Origin: Desulfotalea psychrophila LSv54
GTDB lineage: Bacteria; Desulfobacterota; Desulfobulbia; Desulfobulbales; Desulfocapsaceae
Assembly: GCF_000025945.1 (NCBI RefSeq)
Contig: NC_006138.1
Location: forward strand, 1,530,001 to 1,562,000
Direction: 5' to 3'
DNA: 32,000 nt
Below the pieces are notes generated by a model, which saw only the letters and a list, made by a program, of their open reading frames with translations, was not told the DNA's origin and did not search any database. The position numbers and the translations under genes are program-made. Positions within the stretch are counted from its first letter, which is position 1; every line of letters begins with the position of its first letter. Below, in pieces: positions 1-9,079 of the stretch.

Positions 1-220
1 GGCATTAATTCCTTCACCGCAGGAGGCAATGTAAATCATTTTGAAATTGTTAGAAACGGTTTGATCCATCATAAGAGAGGCCTTTTGTAAGCTTTTTTTT
101 TGGGGTTAAGAATAAATTCATACAAAACCCAGCCCTAAGAGTCAAACCCTAAGGAGTTTGATTCTCTGGCTGATTAAGAGAAAAATTGGCGTCTATTCTC
201 CGTTCTTTCAGTTTTCCGGT

Positions 221-1147
221 CTATATCTGCCCATGGTAAAAGAAATCATAAAATGTGGCACTTTCTTTCTGTAGTAGTCCTACTTCAGCTAGTTGGAAAC
301 GGACCTTGTCTCCGGGCTTTCTTTGGGCAAGGCGGAAGATATCGCGTTGGCAGATAACGCCAACGATGGGATAGCCTCCCGTGCACTGGCGGTCGTTGAG
401 GAGGATTATAGGCTCACCCGCTGACGGGATCTGGATGGCCCCGCAGGGGACACCTGTTGAGAGGATATTGTTGCCCGTTCGTAGGAGAGGAGTGCCATTG
501 AGGCGATAGCCCATTCGGTCGGCGTCGTTGCTCACCGTATAGACCTTACTGAGAAATTCCTTAATGCTCTCTGGCTGAAACTCTGCAAAATGATAGCCGG
601 CGGTAAAGCGGAGGATGAGTTCCTCTTGGTAGTCCGGTATCCATTTTTTCGGTAGACGATAAGGGGCTGCCGTAGCCGGGCTCTTGTAGTGTAACCTATC
701 ACCTGCCGCTAGCTTTTTGCCATCATTGCCGCCGGTAACTTCTCGGATTACCGTGGAGGAACTGCCAAAAAATTGTGAGGTGGAAAAGCCGCCCGCCAGG
801 CTGAGATAGGATCGCAGTCCCGTTTTCATGATGCCAAAGCTTAACTTGTCGCCCGGGTAAACGGCTATGGAGGACCAGTTGGGGATATTGACTCCATTGA
901 TCTTTGCCTCCATCTCTGCCCCGGTTATGGCGATGCGGCTAGGCGCATCGAAGAGAAAGGAGCTGTTGCCGACCAGTATCTCCAGGGCTGGTGTTTCAGG
1001 ATGATTTTGTAGAATTCTGTTTGCCCAAAAGAAGGCATGCTTGTCCAGGGCTCCGGCTTCAGCCAGCCCCAGTTGTTGGCATTTTTCTCGGCCCTGATCC
1101 TGGATTGTTGTCAAGAATCCGCCCGTAAGTACCTGCATGGTGGCCAT
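221..1147 (-). CDS. pxpC: 5-oxoprolinase subunit C / biotin-dependent carboxyltransferase family (KipA-like)
   Basis: 308 aa ORF with typical family segments (GFLTTIQDQGR, SNDADRMGYRLNG, ILSTGVPCGAIQIP, ILLNDRQCTGGYP); ATG abuts the pxpB stop; position in a pxpA-B-C cluster. Confidence 0.93.
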   Translation of the reverse strand: MATMQVLTGGFLTTIQDQGREKCQQLGLAEAGALDKHAFFWANRILQNHPETPALEILVGNSSFLFDAPSRIAITGAEMEAKINGVNIPNWSSIAVYPGDKLSFGIMKTGLRSYLSLAGGFSTSQFFGSSSTVIREVTGGNDGKKLAAGDRLHYKSPATAAPYRLPKKWIPDYQEELILRFTAGYHFAEFQPESIKEFLSKVYTVSNDADRMGYRLNGTPLLRTGNNILSTGVPCGAIQIPSAGEPIILLNDRQCTGGYPIVGVICQRDIFRLAQRKPGDKVRFQLAEVGLLQKESATFYDFFYHGQI

Positions 1148-1839
1148 TATAATATCCCCCCAAGTGCTAAAAACTCATCCCGGTTGATGGATTTGAACTG
1201 AACCATATCACCCTGTTGAAAAAGAGAGGGTTGTTCTCTTTTAGAATCAAAGACCGTAGTCGGTGTCCGGCCGATAATATGCCAGCCACCGGGCATCTCG
1301 ATGGGGTAGATTGCCGTTTGAAAATCGGCAATGGCGACGCTTCCCACGGGGATTTTTAGCTGTGGGGTCTTCCGGCGTGGCAGCTGCATCTGCTTTGGCA
1401 GATCTCCCATATAGGCGTATCCTGGACAAAATCCAAGCATATAGACAAAGAATGGAGAGGCCGTATGTCCTGCAATCAACTCCTCCAGGCTCAGGTTCAT
1501 ATCGGCTGTTATTTCATCTAGATATTCTGCTACTTCATGGTTGTAGTAGGTGGGGATCTCAATGATCTTGCCACGTCCGCTCTCTACTTTGGCCTCCATG
1601 GCAAGACTGGCCTCTACCTGTGCCAGAAAATCCCCATGCAAGTAGGGTTTGAAGGTGATAAGCAGGGCATTGTAGGAGGCAATGATATTGAGAATGCTCT
1701 CTCCCAACTCTGCTTCGATGACCCTTGCGCAGCTGGCAATATAGAGCGAAAGCGTCGTGCTGGCGGTCTCTCCGTATTTAATAAGCAGGGAGTTTTCCGA
1801 GACTGGGCTGATGGTATAGGGGATAGTTTTTTTATGCAT
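1147..1839 (-). CDS. pxpB: 5-oxoprolinase subunit B (KipI family)
   Basis: 230 aa ORF with GFCPGYAYMGDLP, PRRKTPQLKIPVGSVAIA and PGGWHIIGRTP typical of KipI/PxpB; overlaps pxpA by 8 nt. Confidence 0.93.
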   Translation of the reverse strand: MHKKTIPYTISPVSENSLLIKYGETASTTLSLYIASCARVIEAELGESILNIIASYNALLITFKPYLHGDFLAQVEASLAMEAKVESGRGKIIEIPTYYNHEVAEYLDEITADMNLSLEELIAGHTASPFFVYMLGFCPGYAYMGDLPKQMQLPRRKTPQLKIPVGSVAIADFQTAIYPIEMPGGWHIIGRTPTTVFDSKREQPSLFQQGDMVQFKSINRDEFLALGGIL

Positions 1840-2557
1840 GCTCTTCTATGATTGTTTTAAACTCTTTAATGAGATGAGCCCCGTCGCCATCCCCGTGAAC
1901 GCAGAGGGAATCAATGGGAAAGTTGAGCGTATTACCAGCCCTTGAGAGAATGGCCCTGCCCAGGCAACAGTTCTTTACTCGCTGAATCATTTCAGCCTTT
2001 GCAATAAGAGCGCCCTCCTTATTTCGATTGATGAGCGAACCATCGTCTTCATAACCTCGGTCGACAAAGCCCTCCAGGATGATTTCGGTGCCGTATTCGG
2101 TGGCGAGTTTTTTGTGCTCCTGCCAGCGAGCGGTTGCTAAGATCATGAGCTTGCACTCCATCTTGGCTGCAACTTGAAGGGCGGCCCGGAGGATGGCCTC
2201 GTCTCGCATCATGGTGTTGTAGAGGGCGCCATGGGGCTTGATATAGTCGAGGCTAACCTCATGTATTCGACAAAAAGCAGAGAGGGCACCCACCTGATAG
2301 AGCATTGTGTTTTTACATTCACTCGGGGAAAGTGCCATGTTTCTTCGGCCAAAACCCTGCAGGTCGGGATAACCGGGATGGGCACCAATGCGTACGCCAT
2401 ATGTCTTGGCCAGAGTAACGGTGTGATTCATTACCTCGGGGTCTGAGGCGTGCATTCCGCAGGCAATATTGGCCATATCAACATGGGGCATAATTTTATC
2501 ATCCTGGCTAATGCTGTAGTTGCCAAAACTTTCTCCCATATCGCAGTTGAGTAACAT
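1832..2557 (-). CDS. pxpA: 5-oxoprolinase subunit A (LamB/YcsF family)
   Basis: 241 aa ORF starting MLLNCDMGESFGNY, with IACGMHASDP, GAHPGYPDLQGFGRR and KPHGALYN motifs of the YcsF/PxpA family. Confidence 0.95.
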   Translation of the reverse strand: MLLNCDMGESFGNYSISQDDKIMPHVDMANIACGMHASDPEVMNHTVTLAKTYGVRIGAHPGYPDLQGFGRRNMALSPSECKNTMLYQVGALSAFCRIHEVSLDYIKPHGALYNTMMRDEAILRAALQVAAKMECKLMILATARWQEHKKLATEYGTEIILEGFVDRGYEDDGSLINRNKEGALIAKAEMIQRVKNCCLGRAILSRAGNTLNFPIDSLCVHGDGDGAHLIKEFKTIIEEHA

Positions 2558-3124
2558 GAACTATTTCCTATATTATTTGAGGGTTGTAAAAGAGGTATTG
2601 CTAGCACCATGAGCAGGGCCTTTGAGAACCAGCCTGTGGCGCAATAAAATGTGGATAAATTAATCCCATTAATATAACAGATAAATGGTAGAGATATAAC
2701 AGATAAATTGCATATAGGTGTGAGCCATTCCTGCTTTGCAGGGATTCTTTGTTGGGTATGAATAGATAACTATGTCTATACTTTGGGGAAAAATTATTCA
2801 ATACCGTGACAGGAGCAGTGGGGCCCTGATGATTTATTTTAGTTAAAAGAGTTTGATTATTTCTTTGAAATTTTAGAATAGATAAGCAGAGAGAGCTTCT
2901 CTCTCAATTTTACTAATAGCCCGGAAAACTAAAATTTTCCATTCTGAAAAAAAGCTATTTTTTATAGATATTTCAATTTGATAATGCGTAACCCTGGCAA
3001 ATAAAAAAGTTAGTAAAGCACCACGCTGTGCTATTGATATTGAAAAAAACTTCAGATCGTTTATTATAGTGTCCTTCAAAGCGGGCGCTAAGTTAAGTGC
3101 CCGTAATCTCATTATAAATTCGTC

Positions 3125-3202
3125 GAGATATGTGCTGCAGGACGGGAAACCTGATTTGTCAGTAATGACCTGCCTATCTCATAACTATTTATAGGAGGTT
3201 TT
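3125..3202 (+). promoter_or_regulatory. Candidate structured 5' leader upstream of the ade-type genes (possible cis-regulatory RNA)
   Basis: GAGATA(3125-3130)...TATCTC(3175-3180) and GCAGG(3137-3141)...CCTGC(3169-3173) nest. CAGG can alternatively pair with CCTG(3150-3153). AAACCT(3147-3152) can pair with AGGTTT(3196-3201), which overlaps the AGGAGG Shine-Dalgarno. Confidence 0.35.
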
Positions 3203-4987
3203 ATGCAAGTAAGTAAGGATGCGCTGAAACAACTCATTCGGGCTGGAAGAGGAGTTATTCCGGCCAGCAAGGTTCTCGAAGGTGGTTATTTAGTCAATGT
3301 CATGTCTAACGAGGTCTATCTTGCGGATGTCGCGATCTACGAAGAGAGAATCGTCGCCATCGGCAAGGTCGAAGAGTATAAAGGGCCAGAAACAGAGGTT
3401 ATTGATGTAACCGGCCTCTATCTGCTACCTGGACTAATCGATGGCCATCTCCACAGCGAGTGCAGTAAGCTCAGCATCACCAGTTTTGCCAAAGCAGTTG
3501 TCCCCTGCGGAACCACAAGTATTGTCTCCGGCCTCGATGAGTATATCTCGGTTTCCGGACTTGAAGGTCTGCAAGAAGTTTTCAAGGAAGTCAAAAAAAG
3601 CCCGCTTAAAGTTTTCTGGGGCGCCCCCTACAAAACCCCATACACCTTTCCAAAATCCACAGTAGCCTTTAATTTCACTGAAGAAGTTCACCAAGAAGTT
3701 CAGCAATGGCCAGAGTGTTTTGGCGTTTGGGAGACTGTTCGCGAAGCCGTTCAAGAAGAGGATGAAGATACTCTTGGAGCGCTTGCTACAGCCCAGAACA
3801 ATCGCTTGCCCATCTTTGGTTGCGCTCCCATGGCCCGGGGCAAAGAGCTTAACGGCTATCTCTGTGCCGGGGTTCGTCTTGACCACGAGAGTTATGACCA
3901 TGAAGAGGTTGTGGAGAAGATGCGTAACGGCATGCATATGCTCATTCGTGAATCTTCTGTTACCCATTTCCTCGAGGAAAATATCCGAGCTGTAACCGAG
4001 GTTAACCCCTATCTTGCCCGGCGAGTAAGTTTTTGTACCGATGATGTGACCGCCACCGATATCTTGGAAAAAGGGCATATGGATAATGTGGTACGTCAGG
4101 CGATTAAAGCAGGTGTTGAGCCAATAACCGCAATTCAGATGGCCACCATCAACAGTGCTGAGGCCTACCGTATTGATCACCTTGTCGGTTCCATTACCCC
4201 TGGTAAAATTGCTGATATTGTTATGGTTGATAGCCTTGAGGGTTTTCAGGTACAGGCGGTACTCACCGATGGCAAGCTGGTGGCACGGGATAAAAAGATG
4301 AGCTATGAGCTCAAGGCCCCGGCCCGAAGCAGCGTCCTCAGTTGCGCGCTTAAGTGCGCTACGACCACCCCAGAAGATTTTCAGTACCGGGTCGAGATCG
4401 AGCAGGGAACCGCTGAGGTGCTCTCGATGAATGTTAAGGGACCATTTGTTCGTAAAAGAAGGGATGTTACCTTGCAGGTTGCGAACCATATTGTTCAAGC
4501 CGATACCGAAAACGATGTGTTGATGGTTTCAGTGCTTGAGCGATTTGGCCGCAACGGCAATAAATCTCTCGCATTTTGTTCAGGATGGAAGTTGAAAAAA
4601 GGAGCCATGGCCTCCTCTGCTGCCCCCGATGATAACAATATTATTGTTATGGGTGCGGATGCCAGTGATATGTCGATTGCGGTTAATCACCTCATTGAAA
4701 ATGGTGGTGGCCAAGTTATTGTGGCAGATGGCGAGATACTCGAATTCCTCGCATTGCCGGTTGGTGGTATTGTCAGCGATCTTGAGGCAGAAGAGATTGC
4801 TCGCCAAGAGTCACTACTGACCAAGGCTGCAAACAGCTTGGGCTGCGATCTTCCCGATCCCTTGATGTATATGTTCTTTTTGCCAATCACCGCTATTCCT
4901 GATTATGCAATCACCGATGTAGGGCCCGTGGACTGTATCGCCCTTACCACATTTGATCCAATTCTTGCCCTCAATCCAGGCAAATAG
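3203..4987 (+). CDS. Adenine deaminase-family amidohydrolase, divergent paralogue (substrate uncertain)
   Basis: 594 aa ORF preceded by AGGAGG. Ade-like N-terminus, PGLIDGHLH, LDHE, FCTDD, GHMDNVVRQAI, ITAIQMATINSAEAYR and C-terminal VIVADGEI. Canonical DPHEIAN and DGHSPG motifs are replaced. Confidence 0.85.
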   Translation: MQVSKDALKQLIRAGRGVIPASKVLEGGYLVNVMSNEVYLADVAIYEERIVAIGKVEEYKGPETEVIDVTGLYLLPGLIDGHLHSECSKLSITSFAKAVVPCGTTSIVSGLDEYISVSGLEGLQEVFKEVKKSPLKVFWGAPYKTPYTFPKSTVAFNFTEEVHQEVQQWPECFGVWETVREAVQEEDEDTLGALATAQNNRLPIFGCAPMARGKELNGYLCAGVRLDHESYDHEEVVEKMRNGMHMLIRESSVTHFLEENIRAVTEVNPYLARRVSFCTDDVTATDILEKGHMDNVVRQAIKAGVEPITAIQMATINSAEAYRIDHLVGSITPGKIADIVMVDSLEGFQVQAVLTDGKLVARDKKMSYELKAPARSSVLSCALKCATTTPEDFQYRVEIEQGTAEVLSMNVKGPFVRKRRDVTLQVANHIVQADTENDVLMVSVLERFGRNGNKSLAFCSGWKLKKGAMASSAAPDDNNIIVMGADASDMSIAVNHLIENGGGQVIVADGEILEFLALPVGGIVSDLEAEEIARQESLLTKAANSLGCDLPDPLMYMFFLPITAIPDYAITDVGPVDCIALTTFDPILALNPGK

Positions 4988-4995
4988 GGGCGGCG

Positions 4996-6726
4996 ATGAA
5001 CAAAGAAGCGCTTAAGCGCCTAATCGCTGTTGCTGCTGGAAGAGAAGAACCTGATCTTGTTATTAAAAATGCTAAGGTGGTCGATGTCTTTAACGCTCGG
5101 GTTATTCAGGGTGATATTGCCATCGTCGATGGACTTATTGCCGGGGTAGGCGACTATAGTTGCAAAAACGAGTTGGATGCCGAGGGCCAGTATGCCGCCC
5201 CCGGTTTTATCGATAGCCATATTCATATCGAATCCTCCTATGTTAGTCCGGAAGAGCTTGGTCGCTTGCTTGTACCCCATGGCACCACAACCATCATTGC
5301 TGATCCCCATGAGATTGCCAATGTTTGCGGCTTAAAGGGTCTTGATTATATGATTGAGGCGGCCAAGAGGACAGCTCTCGATGTGCAGATGATGTTGCCC
5401 TCATGTGTCCCCGCCACCCCTTTTGAGCATAGTGGTGCCAATATCGATGCCCGAGAGATGGAGAAGCCGATCACCTATGATGAGGTACTTGGTCTTGGTG
5501 AATTTATGGATTTTCCTGGTGTTATCAATGGGGTTGATGCCACAATTGAAAAATTGTTAGTGGCAAAACGAGCCGGTAAACCCATTGATGGGCATAGCCC
5601 CGGTGTTTCAGGAAACGCCCTTAACGCCTATGCCAGTGCCCGAATAGGTACAGACCATGAGTGCGCCACAGTTGAAGAGATGCATGAGCGAATCGCCCGG
5701 GGAATGTATGTTCTCCTGCGCCAGGGTTCGGCATGCTACAACCTACGAACACTTCTCAAAGGTGTTACCCCGGTAAATAGCCGGCGTTGTCTTTTTTGTG
5801 CCGATGATTGTCAACCCAAAACTATTCTCAGTCTTGGCCACCTTGATAATCATCTGCGCATCTGTGCCGAGGAGGGTATCGACCCGATCATGGCAATCCA
5901 GATGGCCACCATCAATGCCGCGGAGTGTTTTGGCCTTAAGGATCGCGGCGCTATTGCTCCAGGTCTTAAGGCGGATATTGTCCTGATGGATTCTCTTACC
6001 AATTGTAGGGTAGAGAAGGTGTGGATTGATGGCGTGCTTATCGCAGATTCTGGGAAGTATCTTCCTGAGATCAAGCGCCATGATATTAGCTCCACCAAGG
6101 GCAATTTCAAGGTTAAAGATTTCTCTGTCAAAAAACTCAAACTTGCTATTCAATCCCCGCAAGCTCACGTCATCAATATCTTGCCAGGCGGTGTTGTGAC
6201 CAGCAAAGAAGTTGTTGCGATCAACAGAAACAGCGACAACGAATTTGTCTATGGTCACGGGCAGGATGTGGTCAAAATTGCAGTGGTTGAGCGGCATCAA
6301 AATACGGGTAATGTCGCAGTTGCCCTGCTTCAAGGATATGGAATAAAAAGGGGGGCAATTGCCCTCTCCGTGGCTCATGACTCCCACAATATCATCGTGG
6401 TGGGGGTAGATGATACCGATATGGCCTGTGCGGTCGAGGCCTTGATTGCTCAGGATGGCGGTATTGTTTTGGTTAATGGCGAAGAGGTGGTGGAGAGCAT
6501 GCCGATGCCCATTGCTGGACTTATGAGCGATCAATGCGGGGAGTGGGTTGAGGCAAAACTCACTTCCATTCATAGCAAGGCCCATGAAGTTCTTGGGGTT
6601 AATGCCGATGTTGAACCGGTTATGACTCTCTGTTTTATGTCACTTGCTGTGATCCCGGAGATAAAATTGACTGACATGGGGCTCTTTGACGTTACCAAAT
6701 TTGACTTTATTTCACTCGAAGCATAA
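4996..6726 (+). CDS. ade: Adenine deaminase
   Basis: 576 aa ORF with complete family motifs: PGFIDSHIHIESS, ADPHEIANVCG, GLGEFMDFPGV, DGHSPGVSG, GTDHE, FCADDCQP, IQMATINAAECFGL, LTDMGLFDVTKFDFI. 8 nt downstream of the previous gene. Confidence 0.95.
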   Translation: MNKEALKRLIAVAAGREEPDLVIKNAKVVDVFNARVIQGDIAIVDGLIAGVGDYSCKNELDAEGQYAAPGFIDSHIHIESSYVSPEELGRLLVPHGTTTIIADPHEIANVCGLKGLDYMIEAAKRTALDVQMMLPSCVPATPFEHSGANIDAREMEKPITYDEVLGLGEFMDFPGVINGVDATIEKLLVAKRAGKPIDGHSPGVSGNALNAYASARIGTDHECATVEEMHERIARGMYVLLRQGSACYNLRTLLKGVTPVNSRRCLFCADDCQPKTILSLGHLDNHLRICAEEGIDPIMAIQMATINAAECFGLKDRGAIAPGLKADIVLMDSLTNCRVEKVWIDGVLIADSGKYLPEIKRHDISSTKGNFKVKDFSVKKLKLAIQSPQAHVINILPGGVVTSKEVVAINRNSDNEFVYGHGQDVVKIAVVERHQNTGNVAVALLQGYGIKRGAIALSVAHDSHNIIVVGVDDTDMACAVEALIAQDGGIVLVNGEEVVESMPMPIAGLMSDQCGEWVEAKLTSIHSKAHEVLGVNADVEPVMTLCFMSLAVIPEIKLTDMGLFDVTKFDFISLEA

Positions 6727-6752
6727 ATAGAAATTGTAGACTACCCGAAAAA

Positions 6753-8300
6753 ATGAAATTACCTCTTTTTTGCAAAGGCGATATAGGTGCACTTGCCTAT
6801 ATCTTGGCCAATAATATTGTTAATTATATCATCGTTATTGCTACACTTTCTGGCGTGTTGGGCTGGCCGGATGAAATTGTCTATGGCCGGGTGATTCCAG
6901 GGCTATCAATGGGGCTTATGGTAAGCGGTCTTTACTATGCCTATATTGCTCATCGCCTTGCGCTCAAGGAGGGGCATAGTGTTACCGCTCTTCCTTCAGG
7001 TGTCTCCACTCCGGCGATGTTTGTTATCCTCTTTGGGGTAATCATGCCCCTGCATTACGCCCTTGATAACCCTGAGCTTGAATGGTCCGCCGCCGTTGCC
7101 GCCTGTTTTCTTGGCGGAGTCATTGAGTTTATGGGCGGATTTATTGGTCCATGGCTTAAGGCCAAGATTCCACGGGCTGCGCTTTTAGGAACTGTTGCCG
7201 GTATTGGTTTTATCTGGATGTCCACTCAAGGGGTTTTTGATCTCTACAGTGATCCTATTGTTGGCCTGCCAATTTTAGCCGTTGCCCTTATGGGCGTTTT
7301 TGGTGGATACCTCTTTCCCAAAAGAATTCCACCCTTTGCTGTGGCCATTGTCGGCGGTATTGTTTATGCCTTCCTCCTCGGGCGTACCAGCATTGATTTT
7401 ACCGGGATTGGTTTCTATGCGCCAAATCCGGTAAATGGTTTTGAGGCGCTGGTTAGCGGCTTTGCCGTGGTTCTGCCCTATCTTTCGGTTATTATCCCCA
7501 TTGAGATCTATAACTTCATTGAGACCATGGATAATGTCGAGTCGGCTAATGCGGCGGGGGACAACTACAATGTTCGCCATGCTCAGTTTGCTGATGGTAT
7601 CGCTACCATGATCTCCGCTCTTTTTGGGGGGGTAGTGCCCAATACTGTTTGGCTTGGCCACGCTGGTCTGAAAAAGGCGGGTGCGGGTATTGGATTTTCC
7701 TGGGTTGGGGCTCTGCTACTAGGCTTTTCTGGAATATTTGGCCTCTTCACCTTTTTTAGTGCCCTGGTGCCACCGGCAGTTGCCGCTATCACCTATCTTT
7801 GGTGTGCCACCGTTATGCTTTCCCAAGCTTTTCGAGTTTGCGATCCCAGGCATTATGCGGGTATTGGTATTGCTATGGTTCCCCCCATCGCCGATTATCT
7901 CTATACTCAGATTACCGGAGCCGTGGGTATGTCTGGGGTCTGGGCTGAGACCCAAGCCTCTGGACTTACTGGATATCAGGCTGAAGTAACAAGAAATCTT
8001 TTGGATGCAGGAGTTATGTGGAACGGTGTCCCGGCGGTTAAGGCGGGTGCCATTATCATCGGAATCATCCTCGGCAGCTTTGTGGTTTTTATTATTGATA
8101 GACGACTCGACAAAGCAGGAATCGTTGCATTTGCTGCGGCTGGGCTCTCATGTTTGGGTTTTATCCATAGCGCCATGCTTGGCTTTTTCCCGCACTCACC
8201 CTTTGTTCTTGCCTACCTTATCATGGGCGCTGTCTGCCTTCTTCTCCATAGCGGGCGGGGCAGGTGGTTTGATGGTGAAAAAGATTTTGATTATGTCTAG
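6753..8300 (+). CDS. NCS2-type xanthine/uracil/purine permease family protein
   Basis: 515 aa polytopic membrane protein with GHSVTALPSGVSTP, IPIEIYNFIETMDNVESANAAGDNYN and an NCS2-like hydrophobic pattern; same operon as the adenine deaminases. Confidence 0.85.
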   Translation: MKLPLFCKGDIGALAYILANNIVNYIIVIATLSGVLGWPDEIVYGRVIPGLSMGLMVSGLYYAYIAHRLALKEGHSVTALPSGVSTPAMFVILFGVIMPLHYALDNPELEWSAAVAACFLGGVIEFMGGFIGPWLKAKIPRAALLGTVAGIGFIWMSTQGVFDLYSDPIVGLPILAVALMGVFGGYLFPKRIPPFAVAIVGGIVYAFLLGRTSIDFTGIGFYAPNPVNGFEALVSGFAVVLPYLSVIIPIEIYNFIETMDNVESANAAGDNYNVRHAQFADGIATMISALFGGVVPNTVWLGHAGLKKAGAGIGFSWVGALLLGFSGIFGLFTFFSALVPPAVAAITYLWCATVMLSQAFRVCDPRHYAGIGIAMVPPIADYLYTQITGAVGMSGVWAETQASGLTGYQAEVTRNLLDAGVMWNGVPAVKAGAIIIGIILGSFVVFIIDRRLDKAGIVAFAAAGLSCLGFIHSAMLGFFPHSPFVLAYLIMGAVCLLLHSGRGRWFDGEKDFDYV

Positions 8301-8310
8301 CCAGAGTTAC

Positions 8311-8373
8311 GCTTAGTCCAACAAATAAAGCCCCATAATAGCAACTATTATGGGGCTTTTTGTTGGACTAAGC
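8311..8373 (+). terminator. Rho-independent terminator with an extended stem
   Basis: GCTTAGTCCAACAAATAAAGCCCCATAATAG / CAA / CTATTATGGGGCTTTTTGTTGGACTAAGC: about 29 bp near-perfect inverted repeat (2 nt bulge), with T5 inside the 3' arm. Confidence 0.9.
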
Positions 8374-8635
8374 GGGCCCTACTCGGTAAGAGCGGCCTTT
8401 CCTCCATCGGCGATTCCATACTTGCAGCGGCCAGGACTCCACCATATCAGGGCAGGATCAGATGGAACTCTTCATCGGTAGAAATGTTGCACCTATTGTT
8501 TGAACTCAGCGTGAAATATTATACATCTTTTAAAGATAGATGTTGGGGCCTCTAAAATTGATTGGTGAAAATCACTTGGTTTTTAACGGTCTTGAAGGAG
8601 ATATATCTCTGCATGAAGGATAGGTTCCAGGCGAT

Positions 8636-8668
8636 AAGTGGGCCGGCAGAGAGGCTGGCCCACTTTTT
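8636..8668 (+). terminator. Terminator-like hairpin
   Basis: AAGTGGGCCGGC agagaggct... GCTGGCCCACTT followed by TTT: 12 bp stem with one mismatch and T5. Confidence 0.6.
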
Positions 8669-8671
8669 GTC

Positions 8672-9049
8672 CTAAGCGAGAATGTGTTGGCTTATCAGCC
8701 TGTTGAAGCCGACAATATCAAAGCTCCCTCGTATCTCAAAGGCAACTCTGCCAACTGCGCTGATATAGATCTCTATTTCACAGTCAAGATCAAGACTTCC
8801 CGATGTTTCCACGGAAAAGGTCTGGATTTTAGCGTAGGGAATTGAGGTGTAGTCTACCTTGGAGCCTGTCAGTCCCTGCACATTTGCGGCAATGATTCGT
8901 TTATTGGTGAAAACTACCTGATCCCTGATGGTCTTAAAGGTGGCAAATATCTTCTCCCCGTCGATGAGAAAGAGAGATATTGCCTCCAGGGCCTTGCTGT
9001 TATCAATGGGCTTGAGCTTAAAAAGTTCTGACTTGTCAAAATCGATCAT
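8672..9049 (-). CDS. PH domain-containing protein (bacterial YvlB/DUF-type PH domain)
   Basis: 125 aa; GEKIFATFKTIRDQVVFTNKRIIAANVQGLTGSKVDYTSIPYAKIQTFSVET matches the bacterial PH-like pattern. Confidence 0.8.
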   Translation of the reverse strand: MIDFDKSELFKLKPIDNSKALEAISLFLIDGEKIFATFKTIRDQVVFTNKRIIAANVQGLTGSKVDYTSIPYAKIQTFSVETSGSLDLDCEIEIYISAVGRVAFEIRGSFDIVGFNRLISQHILA

Positions 9050-9079
9050 ATTCTTTTCCTTTTGCCTGGTTTTGCATGC

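Noticed and set aside
141-175. Imperfect inverted repeat (AGAGTCAAAC...GTTTGATTCTCT) downstream of pxpC
   Set aside because: Imperfect stem and the T run is too far downstream on the minus strand; too weak to call a terminator.
2601-3112. Two small minus-strand ORFs (66 and 79 aa) in the pxpA/ade intergenic region
   Set aside because: AT-rich region, no SD, no recognised motif; more likely regulatory DNA.
3125-3202. Calling the ade leader a classical guanine/adenine riboswitch
   Set aside because: The expected conserved junction and loop sequences are not visible, so I only report an unassigned candidate structured leader.
3434-4498. 354 aa minus-strand ORF antisense to the first ade-family gene
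   Set aside because: Complete overlap with a well-supported gene, low-complexity His/Asn/Gly-rich translation with no recognised family; shadow ORF.
5743-6585. 280 aa minus-strand ORF antisense to ade
   Set aside because: Lies opposite a gene with full adenine deaminase motifs; no domain-like features or ribosome site.
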